A DNA stretch of 57,502 nt, counting the filler, from Ionaspis alba (lineage: Eukaryota): assembly GCA_964255285.1 (NCBI GenBank). It is 3 parts of 3 records of this genome, joined end to end, with 100 filler letters (N's around TTAATTAATTAA, not from the genome) between each part and the next. Parts side by side here need not be neighbours in the genome. Positions count along the whole stretch, not along the records: positions 1 to 19,156 come from CAXUUL010000273.1; 2 more parts are not named here. One strand, 5' to 3'. Of this stretch, positions 1-12,780 are shown piece by piece. The notes below the pieces were generated by a model. It was given only the letters and a program-made list of their open reading frames with translations, did not search any database and was not told the DNA's origin. Positions within the stretch are counted from its first letter, which is position 1. Every line of letters starts with the position of its first letter. A program made the translations under genes and the position numbers.

Positions 1-2
1 TG

Positions 3-221
3 CGCATCAAAGCTCATCCCGACCGACTTAAGAAACCAGGGATGACCGAGGAAGAGTTGAGCAGAATCGATGATGAGGCGGGACGTGTTGCTCATGCAGC
101 GGAAGTGCTGATGGACCCCATCAAGGTATTTCCGCCATCAAGATTTGCAGGTTTGGTGAAGCTGATTCAATTCACATAGCGCAGAGCACACGATAGGGAG
201 CTCGACAAGTGGGGGACGTGA
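3..221 (+). CDS. 3' end of a J-domain (DnaJ/Hsp40-type) protein, 5'-truncated by the window edge
   Basis: Frame from nt 3 reads RIKAHPDRLKKPGMTEEELSRIDDEAGRVAHAAEVLMDPIK, then intron 126-179 (gtattt...ctgat...tag), then RRAHDRELDKWGT*. HPD motif and the EVLxDPxKR..D helix III/IV pattern of J domains. Not in the ORF track. Confidence 0.75.
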
Positions 222-377
222 GTCGGCTATCACTCTCAGAAGGGGTCATTTGGCCGTCTTCTGCAACACGCTTACCATTCCCGTATGTGACGAGTGTCTT
301 CCGTCATGCAGTATCCACAGATGCATTAGTTTCAGCTACAAACAACTTGCCATGTCAAATCTACAATCCCTCATGAC

Positions 378-1651
378 CTATGTCGGCTCATCAGGCTCAT
401 GTTCACTTGTCTCTTCTTTCTGCTCGACCTTCGCTGCGAGCTCAGCCATTCGATCTCGCTTGACAGATGCAATCTGTGCGGTCAATGGGTTCTGTAACGC
501 TGACATCGCAGCACGCATGCCTGCTTCACTCTTACCCAGTCCTTTGCCAGAACCCAAATGCTGAGCTTCCCATCCATAGCCTGTGAAGTGCACACCCATC
601 GAATACCAATTCTTGCCATCCTTTTTGACTGGTGCCTGTCCTTCGTCTTTGTACTCGATTCTCGTTCCTCTGTGCATGATTTTCCGCGAGAGCTCTTGCT
701 TCGCGTCAGGATTATCCTGGATAGCTTGGTTCTGCTCTGGCAGTTTGGGCATCCATAGAGCGACTAGCCAGTTTTCCGCAGTATTGAAGCCGTTCTCGCT
801 GTCAGATAGTACAACAGCAGCCACGTAGGCTTCGAAAACGTCACCTAGGACCTTGGTCCAGACCTTCTGGCGTTGTCTCCCAGCTTCTTTGATCGTGTGA
901 GGCACGATAGCTCGCTCGTCAAAGTTGTAGGCTAGTGAAAACTCTGCCAAGGTCTCGTTCTTGACCAGGGACTCTCGTATCTGGCATAGTCTACCGACAG
1001 CGAGATGCGGGAAACGAGAATGTATTAGTCGAGTAGCTATGACTTCTATATAAGCATCACCGAGTAGTTCGAGTCGTTCGTAGCTTGCATCTGGTGAGAC
1101 TGATGCAGCGTCAAGGGAGCCTGGGTGGATGAATGGGAGCTGGGCGAGGGTGGAGTCCGTGATGGTTGGTAGTAGGGGGAGGGAACTAGACTTCTTGTCC
1201 ACGTAATTGGGGATACTTGAGACTTTGGCAAGACCGGGCAGTGCGTTCTGTGAGACTGGAAGCAATTTGGGTACTAAGGGGTTTGGTAGTGGATTTGATA
1301 AGAAAGCCTGACCAAGACTCAACACAGCTGAGGCAACATCCTGGCCAGCCAGTGCTACATATTCCTTTGCAAGTAGTGGATCGTTAAGAAGCTCTGAGCT
1401 CAACTGGGCCAGCAAAGAGAGACGCTGCTGAGATCCGGAAGAATCTTTAGGCGAGGTTTTTGGATGGTTCGGTTTCTGGTCATGGTAAGATTTATGACCA
1501 TTATAAGAGATGTTCTAGATCGAAGTCAGCTGGGTTGAACAAGACTTGAATTGAAAATAATCGGAGACTTTACATCTGTATGTGTCCTCTGCTTCTTTCC
1601 TAGTGGCTCAACTGAGTCGGCGTAGCCATCACTGCGCCTTTTCTTTCCCAT
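378..1651 (-). CDS. RNT1: Ribonuclease III (Rnt1/Pac1 family) with C-terminal dsRNA-binding domain; 2 exons (intron 1515-1573)
   Basis: Signature YERLELLGDAYIE and second catalytic motif GDVFEAYVAA; dsRBD-like DAKQELS...GSGKGLGKSEAGMRAA; exon 1 MGKKRRS... (basic, NLS-like) splices in phase 0 into the 378-1415 ORF. Confidence 0.9.
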
Positions 1652-1919
1652 ATCGCACAGGATTTTCTCGCGAGCAGTAAAGTAATGTATTATCTCAAAG
1701 TCGTGAGCAATAGAATATGCCACTTATATCACTAAAGTCTGATGATAGTCCCGAATGTTTCCTTCCATCAGCTATTGGTTGGAAAGTCTAAGGATGAAGC
1801 CAAGCCGTGCATAAGACGTCGGACTAATTTTATGCAAAACGTGCAGAGAAATGGACGAGCTCTTCTTTTGTACTTCAAGCTCAAAGATCGCTGCTTAAGC
1901 AATGTCTACAATTCCTACA

Positions 1920-2419
1920 ATGTCTGTAGCTAGGTCGCGTGTCTTGGATCTCATGAAGGTAAAGGAGCAGATCGAACGCCTCTATTTCACAACATTGACA
2001 GTAATCAGATACAATGCCGCATTTTCTCCACAACATTCAACCCTGAACGCCTACGAACCGGTAACAGAATATTACGAGAGCGCCTGAAAGGTCCTTCTGT
2101 TGCGGCATATTACCCAAGACGAACAGTAACGATAAAGGATTTGATGAAGGCATATCCCGACCTAGAAACATGGGATGACGATGAGGAGGATCGTCTTGAA
2201 TCTATACAACTGTATGTTGCTGCAATCTAGGGGTTGATTTGAACAAGTCGCTGATTGCTCTTCAGGGCAAAGCAGAGGGGCAAGGGAGCGCCAAAGAAGA
2301 AGCGGTCGGCCGAAGGTACTGTAGTTTCCGCACTGGATCTTAAGGATACTGGCTAACGTACCGCTCGTCCAGAATCCAAGAAATTCAAGAGCAGAAAGAG
2401 GGCAGTACCGGCAGCATAA
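1920..2419 (+). CDS. RSM27: Mitochondrial small-subunit ribosomal protein mS33 (Rsm27); 4 exons
   Basis: Spliced product MSVARSRVLDLMK/IQCRIFSTTFNPERLRTGNRILRERLKGPSVAAYYPRR...DEEDRLE...RGKGAPKKK has the NP...RTGN.IL..RLKG....YYP and RGKGAPKK motifs of mS33. Alternative in-frame ATG at 1902. Confidence 0.9.
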
Positions 2420-2507
2420 GCTCTCTCGGGATTACACCTGATTCTTCTGGTTATTGCATAGCGGATGGGATGGCGTTCAACCTTTGTTTAATCGCATGGA
2501 GACTTTG

Positions 2508-2607
2508 NNNNNNNNNNNNNNNNNNNNNNNNNNNNNNNNNNNNNNNNNNNNNNNNNNNNNNNNNNNNNNNNNNNNNNNNNNNNNNNNNNNNNNNNNNNNN
2601 NNNNNNN
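2508..2607. other. Assembly gap (100 N)
   Basis: Run of 100 N. Confidence 0.99.
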
Positions 2608-3064
2608 CCTCAACGTACAGGATGCGACCAGCTCTGAAAGACTCGTCCGACTTGCCTTCCCCTCCACCGTTCTTTTCCCACAATGCTTTTACGACGATGC
2701 AAGTGGAGCCGTCGATGCCCTTTTGGTCAATTATAGCCCAGATCTGAGGATTGAGGTGTACGACTTTAAGCTTTGATTGGTTGCAATGCATGAACGAGTA
2801 AATCTCCTCGAGACTCCGACCCTCGAAGTCGTTCATGGAATTCTCGATCGGTAGAACAGTGGCCTCGGGAATTTCGTCTGGGAGGATGGTAGAGTTGAGG
2901 AGGACCCACTTCTTGAAAGGCACCGAGTACTCAAAGTCTTGGAGAAGCAGAAATATTTTGTTCAAGGCCTAAAATTCCTCAGTAGATGTGTCGAGAATGA
3001 TTGGAATTCACATGACCTTGAACTCCACATTGGGGGCTGTTACGAATACCGCCCATTTCATCAT
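2608..3064 (-). CDS. Hypothetical protein, 3' end lost in the gap
   Basis: Exon 1 MMKWAVFVTAPNVEFK, intron (gtcatg...ctgag...tag), then ALNKIFLLLQDFEY...WAIIDQKGIDGSTCIVV...FRAGRILYVE running into Ns. Globular-looking composition; family not recognised. Confidence 0.6.
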
Positions 3065-3618
3065 GGTTCCACAAGAATGTAGATCCGCTTATGCACTTTA
3101 GAAAGGCGGCTGTTCGCAAAGATGTTCTGGAGGTGTTCTACATCTCACTTTCAACAGATTCGGAGCTCAATCACAGGATTCTGACATCAACAGTGTTGTC
3201 AAGCGGCACAATCCTTCGGCAGCCATCCTCATCTTCAAAAATACCGTGTCTCGAGAATTGATACCTTTCCGTTCTGCCACTGAAAGAACATGTGAACATC
3301 TAGAAATTTGGGCTCCGAACTGAGCTTGATCGATTAGATACTTTTACAGATATCACGCTCGTGCTGGTGGATGAGCGAAAGACCCCCTGTACGAGGAAAT
3401 TTAGCTTCGAGGTGAAGAAGACGCGCTAAGCCACATTTCGAATGCGGCTCGAAATTGGCATCAACCTCAATCTGCTCAAACACACTCCTCCTACCAGGCT
3501 TGAATAACCCTAAGGTCCAGCTATCCACTTCCTTTAACGTGACCATTGAAGAATGCGGCAATCTTGATACTGGAAGTCTCTTTATTTGTGTTAGGACCAC
3601 TGTGCCTTGATTGCCAAA

Positions 3619-5349
3619 ATGCCTTCCGCGATCAAACCGTCAAAGAACCAGATGAGGAGGGCGAAGAAGAAGGCAGCAAAGCAAAATGGGGTAAGCTCTC
3701 ATAGCTGTGCTATTAGATGTGTACTGACAGTACCTGTTAAGGTCGCCGCAACTCACACTCCTGAGCCATCCACCGAGTCTGAGTCGGAGGTTCCAAAGCC
3801 CAGTCTCACCCCGGCTGACGAAGTAAGCGACTTCGATGCTATGGAGGAAGACAATCCACTATACGAGATGTACAAGGACATTATGGTCAAATTTGAGCAA
3901 GCAGACAAGGAAGATTCGTCCACAAAGGAGGCGGACAAACCTGTGGTTTACTACGATGATGACGATGAGATACCCGATGAAGACGAGGAGAAAGGAGAGC
4001 CTAAGATGTCGAAAAAGAAGCGGAAAGAGCAGAATAAGCTGTCAGTGGCAGAGCTGAAAGCCTTGGTCAAAAAGCCCGAGACGGTCGACTGGACGGATAC
4101 TTCAGCTTCAGACCCGCGACTACTAGTTCATATTAAAGCCTATCGCAATGTTGTCCCTGTTCCTGCGCATTGGTCACTCAAGAGAGAGTACTTGTCCTCA
4201 AAGCGTGGCGTTGAAAAGCCTCCGTTTTCCCTACCTAAGTTCATCCAAGAAACCGGCATTGCTGAAATGCGAGATGCGGTCCTGGAAAAGCAGGACCAGG
4301 CCAGCTTGAAACAAAAACAACGAGAACGAGTGCAACCTAAAATGGGTAAGCTTGATATCGACTATCAGAAACTCTACGAAGCCTTCTTCAGATTCCAGAC
4401 GAAGCCCGAGCTCACAAGATATGGGGAGGTCTATTACGAGGGTAAGGAGTATGAGACGAATCTAAAACATCTTCGACCTGGTGAGCTCAGTGAAGAGCTG
4501 AAAGAAGCTCTGAACATTCCACCAGGCGCCCCGCCGCCATGGCTGATCAATCAACAGCGATTTGGTCCTCCGCCCTCGTATCCCGCTCTGAAGATCCCAG
4601 GCCTCAATGCGCCGCCGCCTCCAGGGGGCCAATGGGGATTTCACCCTGGTGGATACGGTAAGCCACCTGTTGACGAGTACAATCGTCCACTCTATGGAGG
4701 TGATATCTTTGGTGTCCTACAGCCACAGCAAAACAACCAAATGGGCGAGCCTGTAGAGCGAACTCTCTGGGGCGAGCTGCAAGAGCCAGAAGAAGAATCT
4801 GAAGAAGAAGAGAGCGATGACGAGGATGAAGAAGGTGATGAGGAGGACGTTGGTGCAGGTCTGCAAACACCCAGTGGTCTCGAAACTCCAGGAGGGATGG
4901 CATCAACGGTACCATCAGAATATGGAGGAGCCGAGAGTATTGCTGGTGAGTTCAATTTACGCAAGCAGAGGAAGGGCACAGAAACGGAGGAGTCTACCCA
5001 TCCTCGATCTGCATATCAGGTTGTACCGGAGCAGCAGGCCAGAGTACAGGGCTTCTTTGGTGGTGATCGTACGTATGACCTCAAGGCAGCTCAAAGCAAT
5101 ATGCCGGTACTAGGTCAGGAAGATCAAGGGAGGAAGCGTAAGAAGCCTGGTGATATTGACGTAGCCATGGATCCGGATACTTTACAGGCTAAAGACGGAA
5201 TGGACAAGGAAGATACGAAGAGACTGTATGAAGCTCAGAGGCAGCAGGAGCAGGGTCAATGGGGTTTCCAGGAAGACCTGAGCGACATGATAGCTAGTGA
5301 GAGTCGGAAGCGGCAGAAGAGGGATGAAGAGCGCAGAGCCAAGCGCTAG
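3619..5349 (+). CDS. SF3B2: U2 snRNP splicing factor 3B subunit 2 (SF3b145/Cus1/Sap145); intron 3691-3741
   Basis: VPVPAHWSLKREYLSSKRGVEKPPFSLP, KMGKLDIDYQKLYEAFFRFQTKP and proline-rich PSP domain PPPWLINQQRFGPPPSYPALKIPGLNAP. Confidence 0.96.
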   Translation: MPSAIKPSKNQMRRAKKKAAKQNGVSSHSCAIRCVLTVPVKVAATHTPEPSTESESEVPKPSLTPADEVSDFDAMEEDNPLYEMYKDIMVKFEQADKEDSSTKEADKPVVYYDDDDEIPDEDEEKGEPKMSKKKRKEQNKLSVAELKALVKKPETVDWTDTSASDPRLLVHIKAYRNVVPVPAHWSLKREYLSSKRGVEKPPFSLPKFIQETGIAEMRDAVLEKQDQASLKQKQRERVQPKMGKLDIDYQKLYEAFFRFQTKPELTRYGEVYYEGKEYETNLKHLRPGELSEELKEALNIPPGAPPPWLINQQRFGPPPSYPALKIPGLNAPPPPGGQWGFHPGGYGKPPVDEYNRPLYGGDIFGVLQPQQNNQMGEPVERTLWGELQEPEEESEEEESDDEDEEGDEEDVGAGLQTPSGLETPGGMASTVPSEYGGAESIAGEFNLRKQRKGTETEESTHPRSAYQVVPEQQARVQGFFGGDRTYDLKAAQSNMPVLGQEDQGRKRKKPGDIDVAMDPDTLQAKDGMDKEDTKRLYEAQRQQEQGQWGFQEDLSDMIASESRKRQKRDEERRAKR

Positions 5350-5822
5350 CTGTGAGCACAATATCCAGAGGTATTAATGTCAAGAATCCAAGAACATGAA
5401 CCAAGAAGTGGAAGTGCCTATGGTTTTATGCCCAGACTCATTGCGATGGAGTATCGCTCTGCCCCTAAAATGGACTTTGCAGCATTCGCTCATTAACGAG
5501 AAGCAAGTCAATAATCGCAAAACGCATCATACCAGGCCCACTGATCTGTAGGGTAATGCACTGGACTATCCATCACACAAAAGAAGTTTTCCGGACTATT
5601 TCGTTATCCATCTTTCGCGATATGTGTTGAACCTGTTCGGACCCCAACGCGGTTAGCGTATAAACTCACAGAAATATCATTTCGCGAGAACCTCCAGGTC
5701 TTAGTTTGCTTTCATCGCAATACCACACCAGGACCATAACCGTTCGTCCCCTCGAACATCGACTGCCTTTCGGCACTCAACTTTCTTGTCTATTAAGCAT
5801 ACCTAGACAAAGTCTGCTAACA

Positions 5823-7550
5823 ATGGACAGAGGTCGCGACCGCAGGTACGTAACAGTGTCGTGCTTATAACGAATGCACTTTGCCCAGCATTGATAAATT
5901 TTCAAAGTCTCTCAGATCAAATCTAGGATCTAACAGCCTGTTGCCCATAGATATGAAGGCCGAGATTCGACGTACGCTGGTAGCGGCGAGACCTATCGAC
6001 CATTTGATCGTCACGGGCGCTCCCCTCCTCGTGGTGACAACTATCGAGGACCACGCTCTCCACCTCGTCGTGACCGCACGCCTCCACAAAACGATGTCTA
6101 CATCCCAAGAGGTGGAAGGGGCGATGATCGTCCCAGAAGTCGCTCGCCTCGCCGCCGCTCTAGGAGTCCACCATTCAGAGGAAGAGATAATGGGCCAGGA
6201 TATCGTGGACGGGCTCGATCACCACCTCGAGGCAATGGTCGCGCATGGTCACCACTACCACAACGAAGACGCTCGAGATCACCTTACAACGCTCCACCTC
6301 GACCAAGGTCTCCGCTACCACAAAAGAGAGGTCGAGACAACTCACCACCTGCCTCATACCGACAACGCTCACCACCTCCAACGAAATATGGGCGGTACAG
6401 TGAGCGGGAAAGAGATGGGTATGATCGACGTGGATACACACCTCCAAGAGAAGCACCGTCTAGATATCCACCAAGGGAGAACAATTACCGCCCAAGAGAA
6501 CGTTCCCGCACCCCACCTCGTGTTTCCGCTAATGCCTCTCGTGGTGCATCGCCGATATCATCTCGCCGTTCCTCACCGCCCATGCATCCTGACAGAATGG
6601 CCATCAACGCACGCTCTCCTGGGTATGGCTCCGCACGTCACGAACCACCGCTAGGACGTTCACCAGCCTACCGCGCTCGAGAACGCTCGCCGATCCGTCG
6701 TCCCCCATCTCCTCTTCCCAGATCACCAGTCCTTGAATCTGCCAACTGGCGCGACAACTCCCCACCACCCCGTGACCGAGAACCTCTCCGCAGCACAGCA
6801 ACACCAAACACTTGGTCTAACGCGCAGATGGGTCAACCTCCGCCTCATAGCCACCACAACGGCGATTCCCGTCCTTACAACAACGGTCCCCCTCCCCGTC
6901 ACGATGATCGACCGCGCGACCCACCACCATCAGCTGGGCCACCTTCAGCACCCATCTCGATGTCCGCGCATAATCGTCCCGCAAGCAATCCCCTTCTCTC
7001 CGCGCCAACACGTCCAAGAGGCGGTCCTGCCTTCGGGCGTGACACTCCTCGCGACGCACCATACGCTGGGCCACCACCTCATCGCGGTGGTCGCCACTAC
7101 AACGTCCCGCCTCCCCTCCGCACACCGTCCGGCGATCCTTCTGCGATCCCAACCGGCCCTCGCAGCGCCTACCCAGCCGATCCTCCGCCTCCACGTTTCG
7201 AGCCTCCTCGACCAGCGTTCCGCACTAACAATTCATCCTCGACGACCTACCCACGGACACAACGCTTCACGGCGCATCTGCCCACGGTGCCTGCGCCGGG
7301 TGAGGGTGGGAAGAAATTGCCGTCGGGTTTGGATCCTGTGCAGGAGAAGAGGCTGGCGCAGTTGGAGGAGGAGAGGAAGAGGTTGTTGGAGGTTATTGAG
7401 GAGAAGCAGAAGGTGAAGAGACAGGGTCTTAGGGAGTGGGAGAAGGTGGAGAGGGAGAGTGCAAGTGCGGCGGTGAGGAGTGAGCTTGCTGATGGGCATC
7501 TGGGAAGATTGAGTGGGGAAGGCGGTGGAGGTGGGGCAGGGGCTTATTGA
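5823..7550 (+). CDS. Arg/Ser/Pro-rich low-complexity protein (SR-related) with C-terminal coiled coil; intron 5846-5950
   Basis: MDRGRDR/RYEGRD... splices into one open frame rich in RSRSP/RSPP repeats that continues into ORF 6582-7550; C-terminal EKRLAQLEEERKRLLEVIEEKQKVKRQGLREWE coiled coil. Confidence 0.8.
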
Positions 7551-8898
7551 GAGTGGGTAAGCGAGTGAGATGGGTTTGAGGGGTTTTTAATGGGACTTTT
7601 TGAAGGGGAGTGAACTGATCAGTTTTCCTGCGGCTTCGGTATAAGGCACTATATAGGTGGTTCTGGGCGTATAATATCTTGTTCTGGCATTTCTGGTATC
7701 GAGGGACCTATGGAAAAGAAGATACAGGAAAATTGTTCTGGATGAGGGGAAGGAATCAAAACTGGATAATGGTATCGATCTGATTTCTACTGTTTTCGGT
7801 GGTTGGAGGACCAGCAGGCAGGAAATAAGATGTCTAGATAGACAAGCCGGCTGGCTGTTCCAAGGGAATCCTGAAACTGAAAAAAAAAGGTGATTGCTAC
7901 GCTGTTCCCATGCATGAGTGAATCACGGACAACCTCACTATCCAGCAGAGACAGGACGAAAGCCCCGCATACGCAACTGTCAGGCACAAAAAGAGTCCAT
8001 TGCGTGCATGCTGCCTGCCGTCTACATACGAGCCTCCCTATCCACCAGAAGCGCCATCTCAACACGCGCCATCCAAGATTATGAAAAAAAAATTGGCCAC
8101 CTCAAATGCCCCTCTGCTCTTCGATTAGCAGCCGTGAGCTAGCGGTAAGAATCTAAATAATGCATCCACCGCACGTGGTCTGAAGCTCCACATAATTCAT
8201 CCGCCCCTTGATGCTTGCTCATCGATGATGTCGCGCTCTGCGTCCGCAGTCCAACTCTCCCCATCTCCATCTCAAGCAACAGCATCGACATGATTCCTCG
8301 ACCAGCAGTCCATCCATAACCGTCAACAGAGGATGCCAGTCGCAGCCGATATGGACAAGAAGGAGCTGGCCAATGCTCAGCGGATAGCGCGGATTTTGTC
8401 AATAACGAAGGATGAATAAAGATGTTTTTGCGTAAATATGCTGGGTAATTTTTTTGGGGGGTCGTGCTGATCTAAAACTGAAGAATAAGGATACAGATAG
8501 AACATGTAAAGAATTTTTTGGGGGTCGCATCGTTTTCGATCGATCGATTAGAACAAAGTGCTCATGATGGTGGTGACAATAGGCCGTTAGATTCCATTGT
8601 CACAAGGTTGGCGTTTTCTCAATATGTGGTACAGCTCGAGTTAGATGGTCAGGGTTTCGCGAGTGTCGGTCGGGTATCATTGGAAATAGCGGTAGCTAGA
8701 TCGAGGTCTCAGATCCTGGCGTAAGAGGGATTATCCGCTAACTTGGGTCATTTGTTGTGTTTTTCTCGTTCGCATTGTGGTCATGAGGTTTGTAATAATA
8801 CTTTGTCTTGTTGTCAGCGTTTTTTACAGATGCTCGATTGGGTGGCCGTCATGTCGTCAAAAGTCGTTATCGTCGTTAATTCTGGCTCCAGAGACCGT

Positions 8899-11800
8899 CT
8901 AAAAATAGTTGAAGCCATTGGCTTGCGGACCACGGCCGTAAAGCGGGATGGGCTGGTGTACAGAGTTCTGATTGGGCACGGAATTAAAGTGGTTGTAGGT
9001 GTTGGAGCCGTTGCTGATTCGGTGGCCATGTGTTGCCGTGTTTGGAGACTGGTTGAGTGGAAATTGAGAGGCTCCCATCATGCCGTTAGCGCCGTACATG
9101 TTCGGGTTGTGCTGGGCGTAATTGCCATTCATCTGTGCTGCTTGGGTGGAGACCTGAGGGCCATAAGATCCAGGGCCATTGGTAAGGCGTCCCAGAGGGA
9201 TTTGGCCTGGCGAAGCAACATCGTTTGGCGTAGAGAGGCCACTAAGACGATCCTGACCCTCACTACCCATGATCTTGGATTGTATCCGGCGTCCATAAGG
9301 CGTCTGCCGGATAGCGGGCAAGATCGGACGAATAGCCTCGATGAGCTTCGCTTTTGTCTCTGGCGGCGAATAATCCAGAGCTGTCTGCACGACGTAGTTC
9401 GCAAACGAATCCCTAAGCATTTTTTCTAGCTCATTCGCATTCAACATTTCCTCTACCATCATGCTTTTGATTTGTGGTTCAGCACCTCGAAGACATTTCT
9501 CAATGACGTTAGAACTGAACTTGTGTTTTGACAAAGCTGGTATGCTGCTCTGGAAGCTGTAGCAAAGAGGGTTCGTAAAGATGGGCTCGGCGAGATCGAT
9601 AATGTACTGTAGCACATAATTGCCAAAGGGATCTTGTACCAAGGAAAAAGCATTTTCTGTGATCTGACTGATGAGTTGGGCTTTCTGGTATCCAGAAGCA
9701 TGATCTATGCACCGCTGTAGCACGCAACAGCCATGACGGTGAGTGCCGACGACCACACAGTGCTTCCCGACCGCATCGAAGATGAACTGCGCATGTTGTA
9801 AGTATACGTCCAGTGAGATCACAGCAGGCACAAACCTGGGCATCTTCAGGAGTCAGACGGTTGAGACACTTCTGGATTACATGATTGCCATTGAGGTCTT
9901 GGATCAGTTCCACGACCCGGTCCTTGAGGGCATGGATGATTGTTTGAATCTGCGCATTTCATTAGTACTGTCAAGCTCAAGGGGTCCTACTCTCAACTCA
10001 CCTGCTCAGGCGTGGAGATAAACTCAATCATTTTTTGTAGCGCGCGAGTACCATGTTGGTTGAGGGCAATCTTGACCATTTGAGTCGCAGCATTGTTGAT
10101 CAGAACAGTCCTCTGCTCGTCATTCGAAAACTCTAGCAGCTTTTGACAAAGGTAGTTACCAAAGGGGTCTTCCAGAAATTAGTGAGAGAAACTATGATTT
10201 AAGACATAGACATACCTGTCATGAGCTCAACCACATGCTGGTTGGTCTCCATGAAGATCAGTTGGATTGTTTCTGGATTTCTCCCCTCCAACTGTTTCTG
10301 GAGGTACCGGCATCCATGCTGATCTTTGCAAAGGGCATAGATATCACCTTGGTAGTTCTCGATCTTGGTGTTGGTGAAGCGGGCTACATCTAGGGCATGC
10401 TTAGCAAGACTGTCCAGATGTCTCGAGTTAGAGAATTCATTACCCTCAACGTTCTGGAGACGTCTCTGCTGAATAACTCTAGCTTGGCTATCTGGGAACC
10501 GCCCTTGCTGACTGTACTGCTGATATGGAGAATATGGCCCTTGATATATTGACATCTGGGGTGCAAACCCCATAGGGCTACCCATATGCATGGGACTCAT
10601 CCCCATGTTCATCAGTTGCATCCCGTAGCCTCCATAGAATGCTTGGGTCGCATATTGTGGCATCGATGGAGGTGTCATGACACTAGACATTGGCTCCACC
10701 GGTGACGAGTTGGACATCGAAGAGGTAGACATTGTAGGGCCAAAAGGAGCAGCGCTAGCCTGAAGTTCTGAATGGATGGTTTTGAGGCTATTGCCAGGTT
10801 CTTCTTGACGGATCTCACTGTTCGTTGGGATCTCGCGACTGACGCGCTTGTTCACTGCATGTGGAGGAATGCGCCCAAGACTCGCATTGTGGTTGTGGAA
10901 TTGCTGTTGGGGATTAGGCTTTGGTGGCGAGATGGCAGCTGCGATGCCGTTTGGGTTCTTGAGAGTTGGGATATCGTTTGTCGAGTACGACATCTGTAGA
11001 CTTGCTAAACTTGGTCGGGCTGAATTCCCATTGGTCAGAGACGAGCCCACTAGACCCTTCTGTGCGTAAGAGGCCAAGGACGCTTCCAAAGAACGCCGGT
11101 TAAGCTGACGAATGCTTGTTGGCGAGTCGGTGATCGTATCGAACGACTGCTGAGAGCTACTCGTTGGTGAAGTAACGCTCTGCTGCTCGAGCTGCTGAGC
11201 GTCGAACACATTCTGCGGAAGGCTTTGTTGGGAAGGGCGGTGGCGGGCAAACGGTGTCCACCCATTAGTCTGAGAATCCGGACCGGGAGATTGCGACAGA
11301 GCTAAGTCTAGAGCTGCCGAAGAAGCAGAAAGCTGCAAAGAGCCGTCAGCGTTTCTCGAAGAAAGACTTTGTGTGGATGAACCTACGAGTCCTGGATGAT
11401 GGTTGTTGCGTACTAGGATTGGGAACTTGTCGTCCGTGGTATTCATCTGAAGATAGCTCTTCACATCAGGAGAAGTGGTGGATTCTTTGACTTTCTCGTC
11501 ATCATCCCCAAATAGAAAACCGGTAGTATTGATATGTCCCACTCCCATTATAGACGAATAATCCGGCACAGACTCGCGTTTTCGATTCATCGAAGAAGTG
11601 ACCGGCATGGAGTAGCGATTGCTGCCATATGTGTTAGGAGACATACCACGACTTTCCAATGCAAAATTATCGCAACACTTGCAAGACCCATCATCAAGAA
11701 TGGCACAAGAGAAGTTCAAAAAGCGCAAGAATAATCAAAACTATGCCTTCGAGTATTGGATGAAAGGAATCTTTCGGGGTATGGCACACCACGTCAATTG

Positions 11801-12780
11801 TGCATTTGGGTCACAAAAAGCTTGCTTGGGCCAAAAACAAAGGGAGAGCCTTTTCTGTGTTCGTGTAACGCAGAAGGTACGGCAAACCCGAACTCACGTA
11901 CTTTGTCGTAGACCTCTGACCAAAAATACCACTATCGGTCATGTAGGACGATACTCGGTCGTTGGAACCACGTCTCGAACCAGGTACAGATTTTGAGGGC
12001 AGCTTGTCCGACTCATTCAGACCCTGCTGGGACTGTATAGGCTCATTGGGTGGCGAGGTAACCTGAGAGCCCGATCGGCTGAGCCTGTTGTTGAGCCCTG
12101 GTGGTGATACTAGACTCGAAGATGAATAGCGATTACGGCGAGAGTAAATCGAGGGAAAGACTTGGTCTCGGTACTCTGGTGGGGTGGTAGGCTCGCTTTG
12201 ATGTCCTGGCGAGAGTTTGGTGTTCTGGAGATCACTCCGCATACGATAGATCTCTTGCTCCTCCAGGGCTTGCTGTCGGTTGAACTTCTCTAACTCGGCC
12301 TCTAGGCGGCGACGCTGCTCGCGCAGCTTTTCGAAGTCCATCCGCTTCCTCTCCAGCTGCGGTGTATCAGTACAAGACCCAGAAAGTTATGCTAATGAGA
12401 TATTGGTGAGGAGTTGGAAAGCCTACTGCTTGTCTTTTGTAAAGCGTCTGAAACGTCATAAGTCAGTGCGTGAATCATTGGAGGCCGAGGTTCAAATGGT
12501 AACGCACCGTGGCAGACATGTCCACTTCCTCAACAATTTGACTTGGTTGTTGGCCAATCGGAGTCAGCGTGGGAACACTGCCTGAATCTGCTGTGAAGCG
12601 ACGCTGAAGACTCGCTCGTGCGTCACTGGCGCTTGGCTGGGAATGCGAAGGCATGAAACTACCGCTATAGCGAGTGGGGGTGTTGTAGCCAGAGTATGCG
12701 GTCTCGCCTGGAGGTGATTGAGGATTCCTTGAGCGGAGATCTTCGAGGCGACTGCTCAGAGGGTTGCTGCTCGAAGCCAT
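8899..12780 (-). CDS. Pumilio/PUF RNA-binding protein (Puf4/Mpt5-like), multi-exon, long disordered N-terminus
   Basis: PUF repeats: KDQHGCRYLQK, DPFGNYLCQK, NQHGTRALQK, DLNGNHVIQK, HRHGCCVLQR, DPFGNYVLQY, HKFSSNVIEK, DSFANYVVQT. Eight GT-AG introns link the ORF pieces; probable 5'UTR intron 12787-12850. Confidence 0.93.

Noticed and set aside
5881..7416. Long alternative-frame ORFs (257 aa and 227 aa) overlapping the RS/P-rich gene
   Set aside because: Shadow frames of low-complexity, C-rich coding sequence; TTG starts and no recognisable motifs.
8743..9429. 228-aa antisense ORF over the 3' end of the PUF gene
   Set aside because: Antisense shadow of a coding exon with a non-ATG start and no protein-family features.
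11660..11720. TGATGA (C-box-like) in the long PUF intron suggesting an intronic snoRNA
   Set aside because: No downstream CTGA D-box or terminal stem in the intron.
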